DNA from: Nitrospinales bacterium
Lineage (GTDB): Bacteria; Nitrospinota; Nitrospinia; Nitrospinales; VA-1
DNA length: 64,000 bases
Assembly: GCA_965262115.1 (NCBI GenBank)
Contig: OZ253496.1
Span: 2,112,001-2,176,000, forward strand
Direction: 5' to 3'
Shown here: positions 29,093 to 38,822 of the stretch, piece after piece
How positions within the stretch are numbered: the stretch's first letter is position 1
Layout: every line of letters begins with the position of its first letter
The notes under the pieces: generated by a model
Told to the model about the DNA's origin: nothing
Databases searched by the model: none
The model's input: the letters and a program-made list of their open reading frames with translations, nothing else
Position numbers and translations under genes: made by a program

Positions 29093-29404
29093 ATGTCTGA
29101 TAATTTAGGAATCAACGAATTGAGGGTGCTATCCACTTTGATGGGAAAAGAAAAATATGGTCTCGAAATCATCCAGTTCGTTAAAGATGAAACCGGTAAG
29201 GAACTCTCCTTGGGCGGACTCTATACAACATTGCATCGGTTGGAAAAGAAAGGTTATGTCAAGGGCCGTCATGGAGAAGCCACTGCTGAACGTGGCGGCA
29301 ACCGTCGGAAATATTACAAGCTCACCGGCACCGGGCAAAAGGTTCTCGCCGATGCCCGCCAATCACTTTCACCTTTATGGGAGTTGGGGGTGCAGGGTGC
29401 TTGA
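29093..29404 (+). CDS. PadR-family transcriptional regulator
   Basis: YGLEI, SLGGLYTTLHRLEKKG, RGGNRRKYYKLT..G; GGAGG upstream. Confidence 0.9.
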   Translation: MSDNLGINELRVLSTLMGKEKYGLEIIQFVKDETGKELSLGGLYTTLHRLEKKGYVKGRHGEATAERGGNRRKYYKLTGTGQKVLADARQSLSPLWELGVQGA

Positions 29405-29542
29405 TAAAAAAAATTTGGTGATTAAACTTGAACCCGCTATCGATACAATTCTGGAATAATGTCCGCTTGGCTTATGTTTCATATCGTGATGAATTGATAA
29501 GAGCTGGATTATAACAACGATTAACAAAAAAGAGATCGAAAA

Positions 29543-30166
29543 ATGAAATCGCTAAAAGAAATGCTGCACAAAAAACCATATTTGGCAGTTGATGCAATGA
29601 TTCGGGGGCTGGATAACCCGCCGGAAAACTTTGTGGTTAATATGGATTCGTTCGGTGGGGTAATAACTGGAGTGTGTGAGGGTGGCGCAGCAACTCTGGC
29701 ACTGCAGAAACTCAGCAATCATGAGTTCACACCAGAGGAAATTTATGATACTAGAGTAAGGTCGGAGGCTCTGGGTTTCGATTACTCTGAAGTATTTAAA
29801 TTTGAAACTGCAATGGATTCATTAAGGATGGGAGACATAGGAAACCTCGCTGATTTTTGCAATATTAGAAGGACAGATATGCCAGCCCCATATCCTGATT
29901 TAGATGTTTTAGATACCAAGAAAAACTTTTTAAAAAAAATATCTGCCGAAAAAATAATTACGTTTTGCGGTTACTTTTTTCCCAAGAAATTCAGGGAAGA
30001 GGCAAAGGGCGATATCTTTGAAACTCGCCATGAAATGATTGAAAATGATTGCTCGAAAATAGCAATCTTTTGTGTGACAGCATTTAAAATCTTTTCTTTG
30101 ATCTTGGGTTCGTTGCGTATTCGCCTGAGCGATCTGGTTAAAACAGAAAATGAGATGAATAAGTAG
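29543..30166 (+). CDS. Hypothetical protein; C-terminus resembles the PadR-partner REE..GD..E segment plus a hydrophobic helix
   Basis: 207-aa low-GC ORF downstream of PadR. Confidence 0.55.
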   Translation: MKSLKEMLHKKPYLAVDAMIRGLDNPPENFVVNMDSFGGVITGVCEGGAATLALQKLSNHEFTPEEIYDTRVRSEALGFDYSEVFKFETAMDSLRMGDIGNLADFCNIRRTDMPAPYPDLDVLDTKKNFLKKISAEKIITFCGYFFPKKFREEAKGDIFETRHEMIENDCSKIAIFCVTAFKIFSLILGSLRIRLSDLVKTENEMNK

Positions 30167-30355
30167 GGGATTTCAGTTAAATCACCCTCACCCCAGCCCT
30201 CTCCCCTCAAGGGCGAGGGGGAACCCCACATATAGTAAAATCCCTTCTCCCCTGGAGGGAGAAGGTTAGGATGAGGGGGGTATATAAAGACTTTGCTCAC
30301 TGGCCCCACGCCAAGTGGACTGTGGTTAAGTTTGGGACTTTGGTATATAATTCCC

Positions 30356-31039
30356 TTAAGTTTTATAAGCAACCGGGTCTTTCATTCCAGCTTCCTGAAA
30401 GCCTTTGAGGCGCAGTTGGCAACTGTCGCACACGCCGCAGGACAATCCTCCCTCTGCCGGGTCATAACAACTGTGGGTCATGGCATAATCCACCCCCAAC
30501 TCTAAACCCTTCTTTATGATTTCTGCTTTCGTGAGTTTTATCAGTGGAGTATGAATCTTAATAGATTCTTTCCCTTCCACCCCGGCTTTGGTGGCGAGGT
30601 TGGCGAGAGTTTCAAATGCGGCGATGAACTCGGGTCGGCAATCGGGGTAGCCGCTATAGTCGACAGCGTTGACCCCGATAAAAATATCATTGGCCTCTTT
30701 CACTTCCGCATAAGCCAGACAGAACGAAAGGAAGATGGTGTTGCGCGCCGGAACATAGGTGACGGGAATGCTCGATGTCGTTGTTTCCTGATCCCGGCCG
30801 GTTGGAACGTCGATGGAATCGGTCAGGGCCGAGCCGCCGAATTGGCGAAGATCGATTTTGACGATTTGATGATCGACGGTGCCGAAATGTTGGGCGATGT
30901 CCCGGGCCCGGTCGAGTTCAACTCTATGTCGCTGGCCGTAGTCGAAGGTGAGGCAGAAGAGGTCAAACCCTTCTTTCCGGGCTAAGGCCAGGGTGGTGGT
31001 GGAGTCCAATCCCCCGCTCAATAAAACAACTGATTTCAT
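30356..31039 (-). CDS. queC: 7-cyano-7-deazaguanine synthase
   Basis: [38 protein letters not shown]. Confidence 0.97.
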   Translation of the reverse strand: MKSVVLLSGGLDSTTTLALARKEGFDLFCLTFDYGQRHRVELDRARDIAQHFGTVDHQIVKIDLRQFGGSALTDSIDVPTGRDQETTTSSIPVTYVPARNTIFLSFCLAYAEVKEANDIFIGVNAVDYSGYPDCRPEFIAAFETLANLATKAGVEGKESIKIHTPLIKLTKAEIIKKGLELGVDYAMTHSCYDPAEGGLSCGVCDSCQLRLKGFQEAGMKDPVAYKT

Positions 31040-31187
31040 AAGGGTTTACCTGATTGTCGGCAATTAAATGGTGTTTTATTTGCTGTGATCTTATCGCCTT
31101 GCGCATTCCGGGTTGTTATTATATACTAATCCGCTTAAAATAAACCGGATAGTCCCCTTAAAATTAAAGGGTTTAGCCCCCGTTTAG

Positions 31188-32543
31188 ATGTTCGATAATT
31201 TATCCGATCGCCTTGAAGCGATCTACAAAAAATTAAAGGGCCGCGGTGTCCTCAAAGAACCCGATGTCGATGAGGCCTTGCGTGAAATTCGGGTTGCATT
31301 GATCGAGGCGGATGTCAGTCTGCCGGTCATCAAAGATTTTATTGCCGAAGTCCGAGTGCAAGCCGTCGGTCAGGAAGTTTTGAAAAGCCTGACTCCGGGA
31401 CATCAGATGGTCAAGATCGTCAACGATCACTTGACTCATTTGCTGGGCGAAGAGTTTGTTGATATTCAGATTGCTTCGAAGCCGCCGACTGTTATTTTGA
31501 TGGCGGGACTTCAGGGGTCAGGGAAAACCACCACGGTTGGTAAACTGGCCAAGCGGTTTAAGGAAAAAGGAAAAAACTGTCTTCTCGTTCCGGCGGATGT
31601 TTACCGCCCGGCGGCGATTGAGCAGTTGCATGTTTTAGGACGGGAACTCGGCGTAGCGGTGTATGACGCTGGGGAAGAAAAAGATCCGGTAGCGATCTGT
31701 AAAAAATCGCTGGATGAAGCCGTCAACAAAATGAGTCAGGTAGTGATCATTGATACTGCGGGTCGTCAGCAGGCCGATGATGCCTTGATGGAAGAATTAA
31801 AGCAGATCAAGGAAACGGTTCAGCCGCACGAAGTATTGTTTGTCGCGGATGCGATGATGGGCCAGCAGTCTGCCGATATCGCCAAAACGTTTAATGATGC
31901 TGTTGGTATTGATGGCGTGATCTTGACCAAGATGGACGGTGATGCGCGCGGTGGTGCGGCATTTTCCATCAAGAGGGTGACCGGCAAACCCATTCGCTTT
32001 ATAGGAATGGGGGAAAAGCTCGATGCGTTGGAGCCGTTTCATCCTGATCGGATTGTTTCCCGCATTCTTGGCATGGGCGATGTCATGTCCCTGGTCGAAA
32101 AGGCGGAAGAAAATTTCGAGCAGGAAGAGCAGGAAGAGCAGGAAAAGTTACAGAAAAAAATCAGGGCTAACGCTTTTACTCTGGAAGATTTTCGCGGCCA
32201 GTTGAAACAGGTTCAGAAAATGGGGTCGATGGAGCAGTTGCTGAGCATGATCCCCGGTGCAGGAAAACTGGCGAAGGGTTTGAAAATCGATGACCGCGCT
32301 TTTGTGCAGGTGGAGGCGATCATCAGTTCGATGACGCAGAGAGAACGCGAGAAGCACAACATCATCAATGCCAGCAGAAAGCGCAGGATCGCTCAGGGCA
32401 GTGGTACCCGGGTGAACGATGTTAATAAATTGTTAAAGCAGTTTGCGCAAATGCAAAAGATGATGAAAAAGGCTGCCCGTGGCGGCGGCATGAACTTCGG
32501 CAGTCTGATGGGCGGACGGGGTATGCCGGGCCGGTTCTTTTAA
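31188..32543 (+). CDS. ffh: Signal recognition particle protein Ffh
   Basis: GLQGSGKTTT, DTAGR, DGDARGG, M-domain RIAQGSG. Confidence 0.97.
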   Translation: MFDNLSDRLEAIYKKLKGRGVLKEPDVDEALREIRVALIEADVSLPVIKDFIAEVRVQAVGQEVLKSLTPGHQMVKIVNDHLTHLLGEEFVDIQIASKPPTVILMAGLQGSGKTTTVGKLAKRFKEKGKNCLLVPADVYRPAAIEQLHVLGRELGVAVYDAGEEKDPVAICKKSLDEAVNKMSQVVIIDTAGRQQADDALMEELKQIKETVQPHEVLFVADAMMGQQSADIAKTFNDAVGIDGVILTKMDGDARGGAAFSIKRVTGKPIRFIGMGEKLDALEPFHPDRIVSRILGMGDVMSLVEKAEENFEQEEQEEQEKLQKKIRANAFTLEDFRGQLKQVQKMGSMEQLLSMIPGAGKLAKGLKIDDRAFVQVEAIISSMTQREREKHNIINASRKRRIAQGSGTRVNDVNKLLKQFAQMQKMMKKAARGGGMNFGSLMGGRGMPGRFF

Positions 32544-32632
32544 ACGAGTTTTTATTGGATGCATTAATGCGGTTTATTGAGCCGCAAACATTTCGGGCCA
32601 GACCCGAACAGTACCCCTTGTATGTTGTTCAT

Positions 32633-33004
32633 AAGGGGAATTTGTAGTAGTTGTACCTGTGAGCCCTGTGGGAAGCCGGTTTTGTGTTTTCCACAAGCTC
32701 CCAGGATTTGATTCAGGGCACAATAGATCGTTTACCCCTTAGGCTTTTAAGCCCGTCCCGAAGCGCAGATCGTTGTGTCCTTGTATGTTGTTCATAAGGG
32801 GAATTTGTAGTAGTTGTACCTGTGAGCCCTGTGGGAAGCCGGTTTTGTGTTTTCCACAAGGCTCACAGGGTTTGATTCAGGGCACAATAGATCGTTTACC
32901 CCTTGGGCTTTTAAGCCCGTCCCGAAGCGCAGATCGTTGTGTCCTATTTTGATTAACCCGAACAGTTGCCTGGGCCACTGAGCCCGCATCGGCAAGGCTG
33001 GGAG
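32633..33004 (+). ncRNA. Predicted bridge RNA region with two 5' hairpins, two target-binding loops (32716-32780, 32880-32944) and one donor-binding loop
   Basis: Same guides as copy 1; donor guides at 32962-32969 and 32992-32996. Confidence 0.82.
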
Positions 33005-33012
33005 ACCAAATT

Positions 33013-33963
33013 ATGAATCAGAAACCCCATTTTATTGGCATCGATATTTCTAAACTCCATCTGGATGTTGCTGACAGCATGACTCAAGAAACCTGGCAAA
33101 CCGCTAACAATGAGGAAGGGATTGCTGGTTTGGTCGAGAGTTTATCCGCCTTAAATCCTCCATTGATCGTTTTGGAAGCCACAGGCGGCTTAGAGATCCC
33201 GTTGGCTTCGGCCCTGGTTGCGGGTCGACTGCCAGTAGCCGTGGTCAACCCGCGACAAGTTCGTGATTTTGCCAAAGCCACCGGGAAACTGGCAAAAACC
33301 GATGTCATTGATTCTCTTGTGCTGGCCCATTTTGCCAAGGCCGTACGTCCTGAGGTCAGGAAAATCAAAGACGAAGAATCTCTTGAACTCTCAGCTCTGG
33401 TGACACGCCGTCGCCAGTTGATCGAGATGCTGACCAAAGAAAAAACCCGTCTAAAACAAGCTCCAAAATGGATATGTAAAGACATTAAGGAGCATATCGA
33501 ATCTCTTAAAAAACGCTTGCGAAAAATCGATGGCGACCTTTCCAGAACCATCAAAAACAGTTCTGCCTGGCGTGAGCACGACCAGATTATACAAAGTGTT
33601 CCCGGTGCCGGTCCCGTTCTGGCTGTCAACCTCTTGGCCGGGGTTCCGGAACTTGGAGTTCTTAATCAGAAGCAAATCGCCGCCCTCATCGGTCTCGCTC
33701 CCCTCAATCGGGACAGCGGAAAGTTCCGGGGCCGCCGGTGTATCTGGGGCGGCCGCGCCAATGTGCGTGCCGCTTTATACATGGCCGCCGTCACTGCCAT
33801 GCAGCATAATCCCGTGATTCGTACCTTTTACACACGCCTCATCGAAAAGGGCAAACCCTTTAAAGTTGCCATTACCGCATGCATGAGAAAGTTATTAACG
33901 ATCATCAATACCATGATCAAAACAAAAACACTCTGGAATGAAAATCTCATTACCAGCACTTGA
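33013..33963 (+). CDS. IS110-family DEDD recombinase/transposase (protein identical to 2715-3665)
   Basis: Identical translation; at least one synonymous difference (GAG vs GAA near 33112). Confidence 0.97.
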   Translation: MNQKPHFIGIDISKLHLDVADSMTQETWQTANNEEGIAGLVESLSALNPPLIVLEATGGLEIPLASALVAGRLPVAVVNPRQVRDFAKATGKLAKTDVIDSLVLAHFAKAVRPEVRKIKDEESLELSALVTRRRQLIEMLTKEKTRLKQAPKWICKDIKEHIESLKKRLRKIDGDLSRTIKNSSAWREHDQIIQSVPGAGPVLAVNLLAGVPELGVLNQKQIAALIGLAPLNRDSGKFRGRRCIWGGRANVRAALYMAAVTAMQHNPVIRTFYTRLIEKGKPFKVAITACMRKLLTIINTMIKTKTLWNENLITST

Positions 33964-34116
33964 CATTTAACACAGTTGCTTCGGGGCATGAAGACAAATG
34001 AAGGGATGTTACACGTGACGCTGGACTATAAGTAATAGTTTTGCTTGCGCATTATTTATTGGCGGGTGTTAACGCCATATATACCGGGATAAGCCCGTAA
34101 CCTAGGAGAAAGTACA

Positions 34117-34362
34117 TTGGCAGTTGTAATTCGATTAACTCGGCGAGGAGCAAAAAAGAAACCCTTTTACCGGATTGTGGCGGCGGATTCCAGGATGCCA
34201 AGAGATGGTAGATTTCTTGAAATTCTGGGAACCTACGATCCTCTGAATGATAAAGAGGGTTGTAAGGTTGACGCGGATAAAGCCATGGCTTGGATCAAGA
34301 AAGGCGCCAAGCCCAGCAAAACCGTGGGGTCCCTCTTCAAAAAAGCCGGGGTTGGTGTTTAA
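34117..34362 (+). CDS. rpsP: 30S ribosomal protein S16
   Basis: [28 protein letters not shown]. Confidence 0.97.
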   Translation: MAVVIRLTRRGAKKKPFYRIVAADSRMPRDGRFLEILGTYDPLNDKEGCKVDADKAMAWIKKGAKPSKTVGSLFKKAGVGV

Positions 34363-34467
34363 ACCCATTCATTTCGCAAAACCGCGATTCTTACAATTGA
34401 GCGAACTGGAATCATAAGTTGCTCTTCCTCATATGGGGGTTCGTTTCCTGTGGACTAGGAGGGAATT

Positions 34468-34698
34468 ATGAGAGATCTCATACTGATGATTGCGAAGTCG
34501 CTAGTGGACAAGCCTGATGAAGTGGAATTACTGGAAGTGGAAGGCGAAAAAACAACGGTGCTGGAATTGAGAGTTGCGAAAGAAGATTTGGGAAAGGTCA
34601 TTGGCAAGCAGGGAAAAACCGCCAGGGCCATGCGAACCATTCTGAACGCAACGGCAACCAAATTAAAAAAACGGGCTGTGCTGGAAATTATCGAGTGA
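34468..34698 (+). CDS. khpA: KH-domain RNA-binding protein (UPF0109)
   Basis: [13 protein letters not shown]; lies between rpsP and rimM. Confidence 0.9.
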   Translation: MRDLILMIAKSLVDKPDEVELLEVEGEKTTVLELRVAKEDLGKVIGKQGKTARAMRTILNATATKLKKRAVLEIIE

Positions 34699-34699
34699 T

Positions 34700-35203
34700 A
34701 TGGATTGGATTTCGATTGGCAAGCTTGCCCGGACCCACGGCCTGAAAGGGGAGTTGAAGTTTTATCCGCATGACCCGGAAGGGATCGAGTTTTTGAGCGG
34801 ACAGACCGTGCGGCTGGAAAAAACAGAATTAAAGGTTCAATCAATTCGCGGGGCCAACGTTCCCTTCATCATCAAGCTGGAGGGAATTGACGGCATTGAT
34901 GCGGCAAAACTCTTCACGGGAAAAGAACTGCTAGCCAACCGTGAGGATTTTAAGCCTCTGCCGGAAGGCGAATATTACCGCTTTGAGATTGAAGGACTTG
35001 AAATCTTCGATGAAGAAGGTCGACCTCATGGGGTCATCGAAGACATTATCCCGACAGGCAGTAACGATGTCTATGTGGTGCGAAACGGGGACCGGGAATG
35101 GATGCTCCCCATGATTGATTCGGTGGTCAAGTCCATCGACCTGAAACAAGGGAAACTGATTTTTCATCGTATTGAGGGTTTGTTTGAGGACACTCCGGTT
35201 TGA
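34700..35203 (+). CDS. rimM: 16S rRNA processing protein RimM
   Basis: HGLKGELK, EGEYY, TGSNDVYVV. Confidence 0.94.
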   Translation: MDWISIGKLARTHGLKGELKFYPHDPEGIEFLSGQTVRLEKTELKVQSIRGANVPFIIKLEGIDGIDAAKLFTGKELLANREDFKPLPEGEYYRFEIEGLEIFDEEGRPHGVIEDIIPTGSNDVYVVRNGDREWMLPMIDSVVKSIDLKQGKLIFHRIEGLFEDTPV

Positions 35204-35882
35204 CATTGTCAGCATTTTTCCGGGGATGTTTGAGTCTCCTTTTGGGGACAGTATTATTCAGCGGGCCCGCGAAGAAGGATTGCTGGATATTCGCGTTCAT
35301 GATTTGCGCGACTACAGTCTGAATAAACACAATAAGGTGGATGACACTCCCTTCGGAGGCGGAGTGGGCATGGTCATGAATGTCGAGCCCATTGCCCGCG
35401 CCATTGCAGCAGTTAAAAAGGAAGTTCCCGAAACCCGGACGATATTATTATCACCGGGTGGGCGGCCCTTTGATCAGGAAAAAGCCCGGGAGCTTTCCGG
35501 CTTATCAAGCCTGACGCTGATCTGCGGTCGTTATGAAGGCATCGACGAACGGGTGGGACTGCATTATGTCGATGAGGAAATTTCCATCGGCGATTATGTT
35601 TTGACCGGCGGAGAACTTCCCGCCATGGTTCTCGTTGAGGCTATATCAAGGTTGGTGCCGGGGGTGCTGGGCGATCCGGAATCGGTGGTGGAAGAATCTT
35701 TCTCCAACGATTTGTTGGAATACCCGCAATACACCCGACCTCGAGATTATGAAGGATTCAAGGTTCCGGAGATTCTGGTCTCCGGCGACGCGAAAAAAAT
35801 ACGCGACTGGCAAAAAGCGGAAGCGTCAAAAAAAACCGCGCAGGTTCGGCCCGACCTGCTCGAAAAAAATAATCGGGCCTGA
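35184..35882 (+). CDS. trmD: tRNA (guanine-N1)-methyltransferase
   Basis: VDDTPFGGG.GM, CGRYEGIDER, SIGDYVLTGGE, EYPQYTRP; exact start uncertain. Confidence 0.96.
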   Translation: MRTLRFDIVSIFPGMFESPFGDSIIQRAREEGLLDIRVHDLRDYSLNKHNKVDDTPFGGGVGMVMNVEPIARAIAAVKKEVPETRTILLSPGGRPFDQEKARELSGLSSLTLICGRYEGIDERVGLHYVDEEISIGDYVLTGGELPAMVLVEAISRLVPGVLGDPESVVEESFSNDLLEYPQYTRPRDYEGFKVPEILVSGDAKKIRDWQKAEASKKTAQVRPDLLEKNNRA

Positions 35883-35894
35883 TGCAGGTCGGCT

Positions 35895-36458
35895 TTGGAT
35901 AAGGCAAATATTCATCTGGCGCTGGTCCATTTTCCCGTCTATAACAAAGTCGGGGAAGTGGTGGTATCATCCATCACCACCTTGGACGTGCATGATATTT
36001 CGCGCGTCTGCCGGACGTTTGGGATCGGTACTTTTTATGTGGTCACGCCCTTGAAGACTCAGCAGGAGCTGGTCGAGAGGTTGGTCGGTCACTGGCTGAC
36101 AGGGCATGGGGCGGAATACAACCCGACCCGAAAGGAAGCGCTGCTCAAAACCCGGGTCATAAAAAGCCTGGATGATGCGATTGCCGAGCTGGCCGAACAG
36201 AGCGGGGAAAAACCCTGTGTGGTGGCCACCGGGGCCAAGCAGGTGCCGAACAGCATCGGGTTTGAAACGTTAAGGGAACAGTTAAATGAAGATGGGCCCG
36301 TGCTTCTGGTTTTTGGTACCGGCTGGGGGCTGGAAAAAAACCTGATCGGTAATGCCGACCATGTGCTCGAACCCATAGAAGGCAATAACGGGTTCAATCA
36401 CCTGCCGGTACGAGGAGCGATAGCAATTATATTAGACCGCCTGTTAGGCAGGTTTTGA
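35895..36458 (+). CDS. TrmD-associated SPOUT RNA methyltransferase (DUF2168-like)
   Basis: ALVHFPV, LDVHDISR, FGTGWGL, NHLPVR..AIILDRL. Confidence 0.85.
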   Translation: MDKANIHLALVHFPVYNKVGEVVVSSITTLDVHDISRVCRTFGIGTFYVVTPLKTQQELVERLVGHWLTGHGAEYNPTRKEALLKTRVIKSLDDAIAELAEQSGEKPCVVATGAKQVPNSIGFETLREQLNEDGPVLLVFGTGWGLEKNLIGNADHVLEPIEGNNGFNHLPVRGAIAIILDRLLGRF

Positions 36459-36529
36459 TAAAGAATTTTTTAACCGAAATTGAAAATCATTAATTAGTTA
36501 ATTATATATACACCCAAGGAGAGAGGTTC

Positions 36530-36955
36530 ATGAATTTAGTAGACCAGATTGAAGCAAAAGAAATGAAGAAAGATGTTACCGATGTTCATATCGGCGACAC
36601 CGTCAAGGTGCATATGCGCATTGTTGAAGGAGAGAAAGAGCGTATTAAGGTCATCGAAGGAGTGGTCATCAAAATGCGTGGCAGTGGGGTTCGCAAGACC
36701 CTGACGGTCCGTAAAATCTCCTTTGGTATCGGAGTGGAGCGTATATTCCCGTTTCATTCCCCCCGAGTCGAAAAAATTGAGATCATTCGACGGGCCAAGG
36801 TGCGCCAGGCCAAGCTGTATTATCTGCGCGAGCTGCGTGGCAAAGCTGCTCGCCTGAAAGAGCTCAAGGCACCGCGACCCACGACCAAGGCAAAAAAGAC
36901 CAAGACCCGGGGCAAAAAAGCCAAAGCTGCAAAGGCCGCCGCTAAAAGTTCCTGA
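36530..36955 (+). CDS. rplS: 50S ribosomal protein L19 with a Lys/Ala-rich tail
   Basis: GDTVKV..EG.KER, GVERIFP, KLYYLR. Confidence 0.97.
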   Translation: MNLVDQIEAKEMKKDVTDVHIGDTVKVHMRIVEGEKERIKVIEGVVIKMRGSGVRKTLTVRKISFGIGVERIFPFHSPRVEKIEIIRRAKVRQAKLYYLRELRGKAARLKELKAPRPTTKAKKTKTRGKKAKAAKAAAKSS

Positions 36956-37054
36956 CTCTCTTCCGAGAGAGGGAAATTAGCAAAAGCTCATCAAGCCGGG
37001 ATAACTCTTTGCTTGCCAAATAAAGAGATGGCACGCTGGCCCCACGCCGAGTGG

Positions 37055-37921
37055 TTAGTTGAAAGTTTCGACGGAAACGCCGGGGACGGGTTTCGGTTTT
37101 TCCGGTTCGTCATTCTCCGGCGGTAAGTTGAATGTTTCGCCCAGTCCGTGTTTCAGTTTGATATCCTGATATTTATATTTAGCGCGGGAGAGGTAGGTCT
37201 TCAATCCTTGAACGCGGGTCTTGTCGGCAGGGTGGGTGGAAGCCCACTCGGGAGGATCTTTATCCCCTTTGGCCTGACTGAACCGCTGCCAGAACCGGAT
37301 CGCTTCCTCAGGATCGTATCCCGCTTTAGCCATATAGACCAGCCCGATCTGGTCGGCCTCCCCTTCATCGCCCCGGCTGAAAGGCAGGGTGATGCCATAC
37401 AAAACCCCCAGTCCCAAAGCACTCATGATAATGTCCCGTTGGGTATTGTTTCTAAGGCTAATGTTGGCACCTATCATGGCTGCAGTCAGAAGCATTTGCT
37501 GTGACATTCTCTGGGCCCCATGCCGGGCAATGACATGGGCAATTTCGTGACTCAACACAGTGGCCAGTCCGGCTTCGTTTTGACAGATGCGTAGCATGCC
37601 GGTATAGACCGCGACCTTGCCGCCCGGTAGGGCGAAAGCGTTTTCATCTTTTGACTCGATCAACCGGAACTCCCAGTTGAGCTTGGGCATGTCGCTCACC
37701 TCGGCGATACGCCGACCGACACGCCGAAGCACCCGGTTCAAATGTGCGTTGTCCGAATCTTTCTGGTCTTTAAGAGCCTGCTTGTAAGCCTGCTTGCCGA
37801 ACTGGATTTCCTGTGCCTGGGAAATGAGAATCAGGGCCTGCCGGTTGGAAACCGGTGTGGTGGCACAGGCGGCAAAAACAAATACGATCGCCACAAGAAT
37901 AGCTTTCAATGGGTTAGGCAT
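37055..37921 (-). CDS. M48 family metallopeptidase lipoprotein
   Basis: Lipobox AAC, NAFALPGG, HEIAH, EADQIG, STHP. Confidence 0.92.
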   Translation of the reverse strand: MPNPLKAILVAIVFVFAACATTPVSNRQALILISQAQEIQFGKQAYKQALKDQKDSDNAHLNRVLRRVGRRIAEVSDMPKLNWEFRLIESKDENAFALPGGKVAVYTGMLRICQNEAGLATVLSHEIAHVIARHGAQRMSQQMLLTAAMIGANISLRNNTQRDIIMSALGLGVLYGITLPFSRGDEGEADQIGLVYMAKAGYDPEEAIRFWQRFSQAKGDKDPPEWASTHPADKTRVQGLKTYLSRAKYKYQDIKLKHGLGETFNLPPENDEPEKPKPVPGVSVETFN

Positions 37922-37991
37922 AGACCAATTATAGAAGGCTCTGGCATGGTTTTCAATAGCGCTCTGGTTGGGAATGTCTTATGCTTTGCCC

Positions 37992-38597
37992 ATGGAGCAG
38001 GATTTGTGGGACTATGAAATCAAGGCGCGTGACAAGGGCTACCGGTTTGTGGTCGGAGTGGATGAGGCCGGACGCGGTCCGTTAGCGGGGCCGGTGGTTG
38101 CCGCCGCTGTGATCTTGTCCCTCGATGCGGTTCTTGAGGGACTAGATGATTCCAAAAAACTTTCGCCAGCAAAACGTGAGGAGTTGTTTCCAAAAATACA
38201 GGAGATGGCTCATGGCGTGGCCGTGGTCAACCCGGAAGTGATTGATGAAATCAATATTCTTCAGGCGGCACGGTTGGCGATGAAACAGGCGGTGGAGAAA
38301 TTGCCGTCGGACCCTGACCTTCTGCTTATTGATGGCAACCAGAAAATAGATTCATCCATAGATCAGTGGGCGATTGTGAAGGGGGATGCTAAAAGTTTTT
38401 CCATAGCTGCCGCTTCGATTCTGGCCAAAGTGACCCGCGATCGCATCATGGAAGACTATCACCACCTGTATCCACAATATGAATTTACCCGGCACAAAGG
38501 GTATGGCACCCAACTGCATCGGGACTTGATTGCCGAGCACGGTCCTTGCCCGATCCATCGCCGAACTTTCAAGGGAGTGGCGGAATATCTCCGCTAG
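37992..38597 (+). CDS. rnhB: Ribonuclease HII
   Basis: GVDEAGRGPLAGPVV, DSKKL, IAAASILAKV.RD; start may be slightly upstream. Confidence 0.96.
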   Translation: MEQDLWDYEIKARDKGYRFVVGVDEAGRGPLAGPVVAAAVILSLDAVLEGLDDSKKLSPAKREELFPKIQEMAHGVAVVNPEVIDEINILQAARLAMKQAVEKLPSDPDLLLIDGNQKIDSSIDQWAIVKGDAKSFSIAAASILAKVTRDRIMEDYHHLYPQYEFTRHKGYGTQLHRDLIAEHGPCPIHRRTFKGVAEYLR

Positions 38598-38617
38598 TGA
38601 CTGGCAATGGCTTTTTT

Positions 38618-38789
38618 TACCCCTGCGGGGCACGAAGTACCCGTGCCGGGCATGAAGTTTAAGGAAGAGGACATCACAGCTACGGAAGAATATTACGACA
38701 GCTAGCAAAGATATTTTCGACTCAACGAGTTATTGCCCTTTGGCAGCATGTTATGATCCCTCATCAGTCTTCATGCCCCGAAAGAGGTA
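38618..38789. repeat. Three TACCC-hairpin mini-elements: 38618-38697 containing nested 38638-38678, and 38749-38789 (-)
   Basis: IS-free paralogs of the IS110 target hairpin, embedded in other repeats. Confidence 0.85.
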
Positions 38790-38822
38790 CGCCGAGTGGC
38801 GGAATACCTCAATCGTTAAGTT

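Larger units (their letters stand above)
28456..30279. repeat. CCCTCTCCC..GGGAGAGG REP-like palindromes (five copies, starting near 28456, 28870, 28946, 30185, 30242)
   Basis: Hairpins with CCCTCA(C/T)CC / GGTGAGGG tails flanking DUF559 and the PadR pair. Confidence 0.8.
32619..33980 (+). mobile_element. IS110-family element copy 2 with a duplicated 163-bp left end
   Basis: CT cores at 32617-32618, 32780-32781 and 33979-33980; flanks TACCC / TCGGGGCA as for copy 1. Confidence 0.93.

Noticed and set aside
32118..32144. GAGCAGGAA x3 inside ffh
   Set aside because: In-frame slippage in the flexible NG-M linker; no sign of special function.
32603..32612. CCCGAACAGT in the copy-2 flank matching the donor-loop region (2659-2668)
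   Set aside because: Absent from the copy-1 flank, and ACAGTTGC is already explained by the right end; treated as coincidence.
33013..33963. IS110 copy 2 as an assembly duplicate of copy 1
   Set aside because: Different flanks, a synonymous difference and left-end differences indicate independent insertions.
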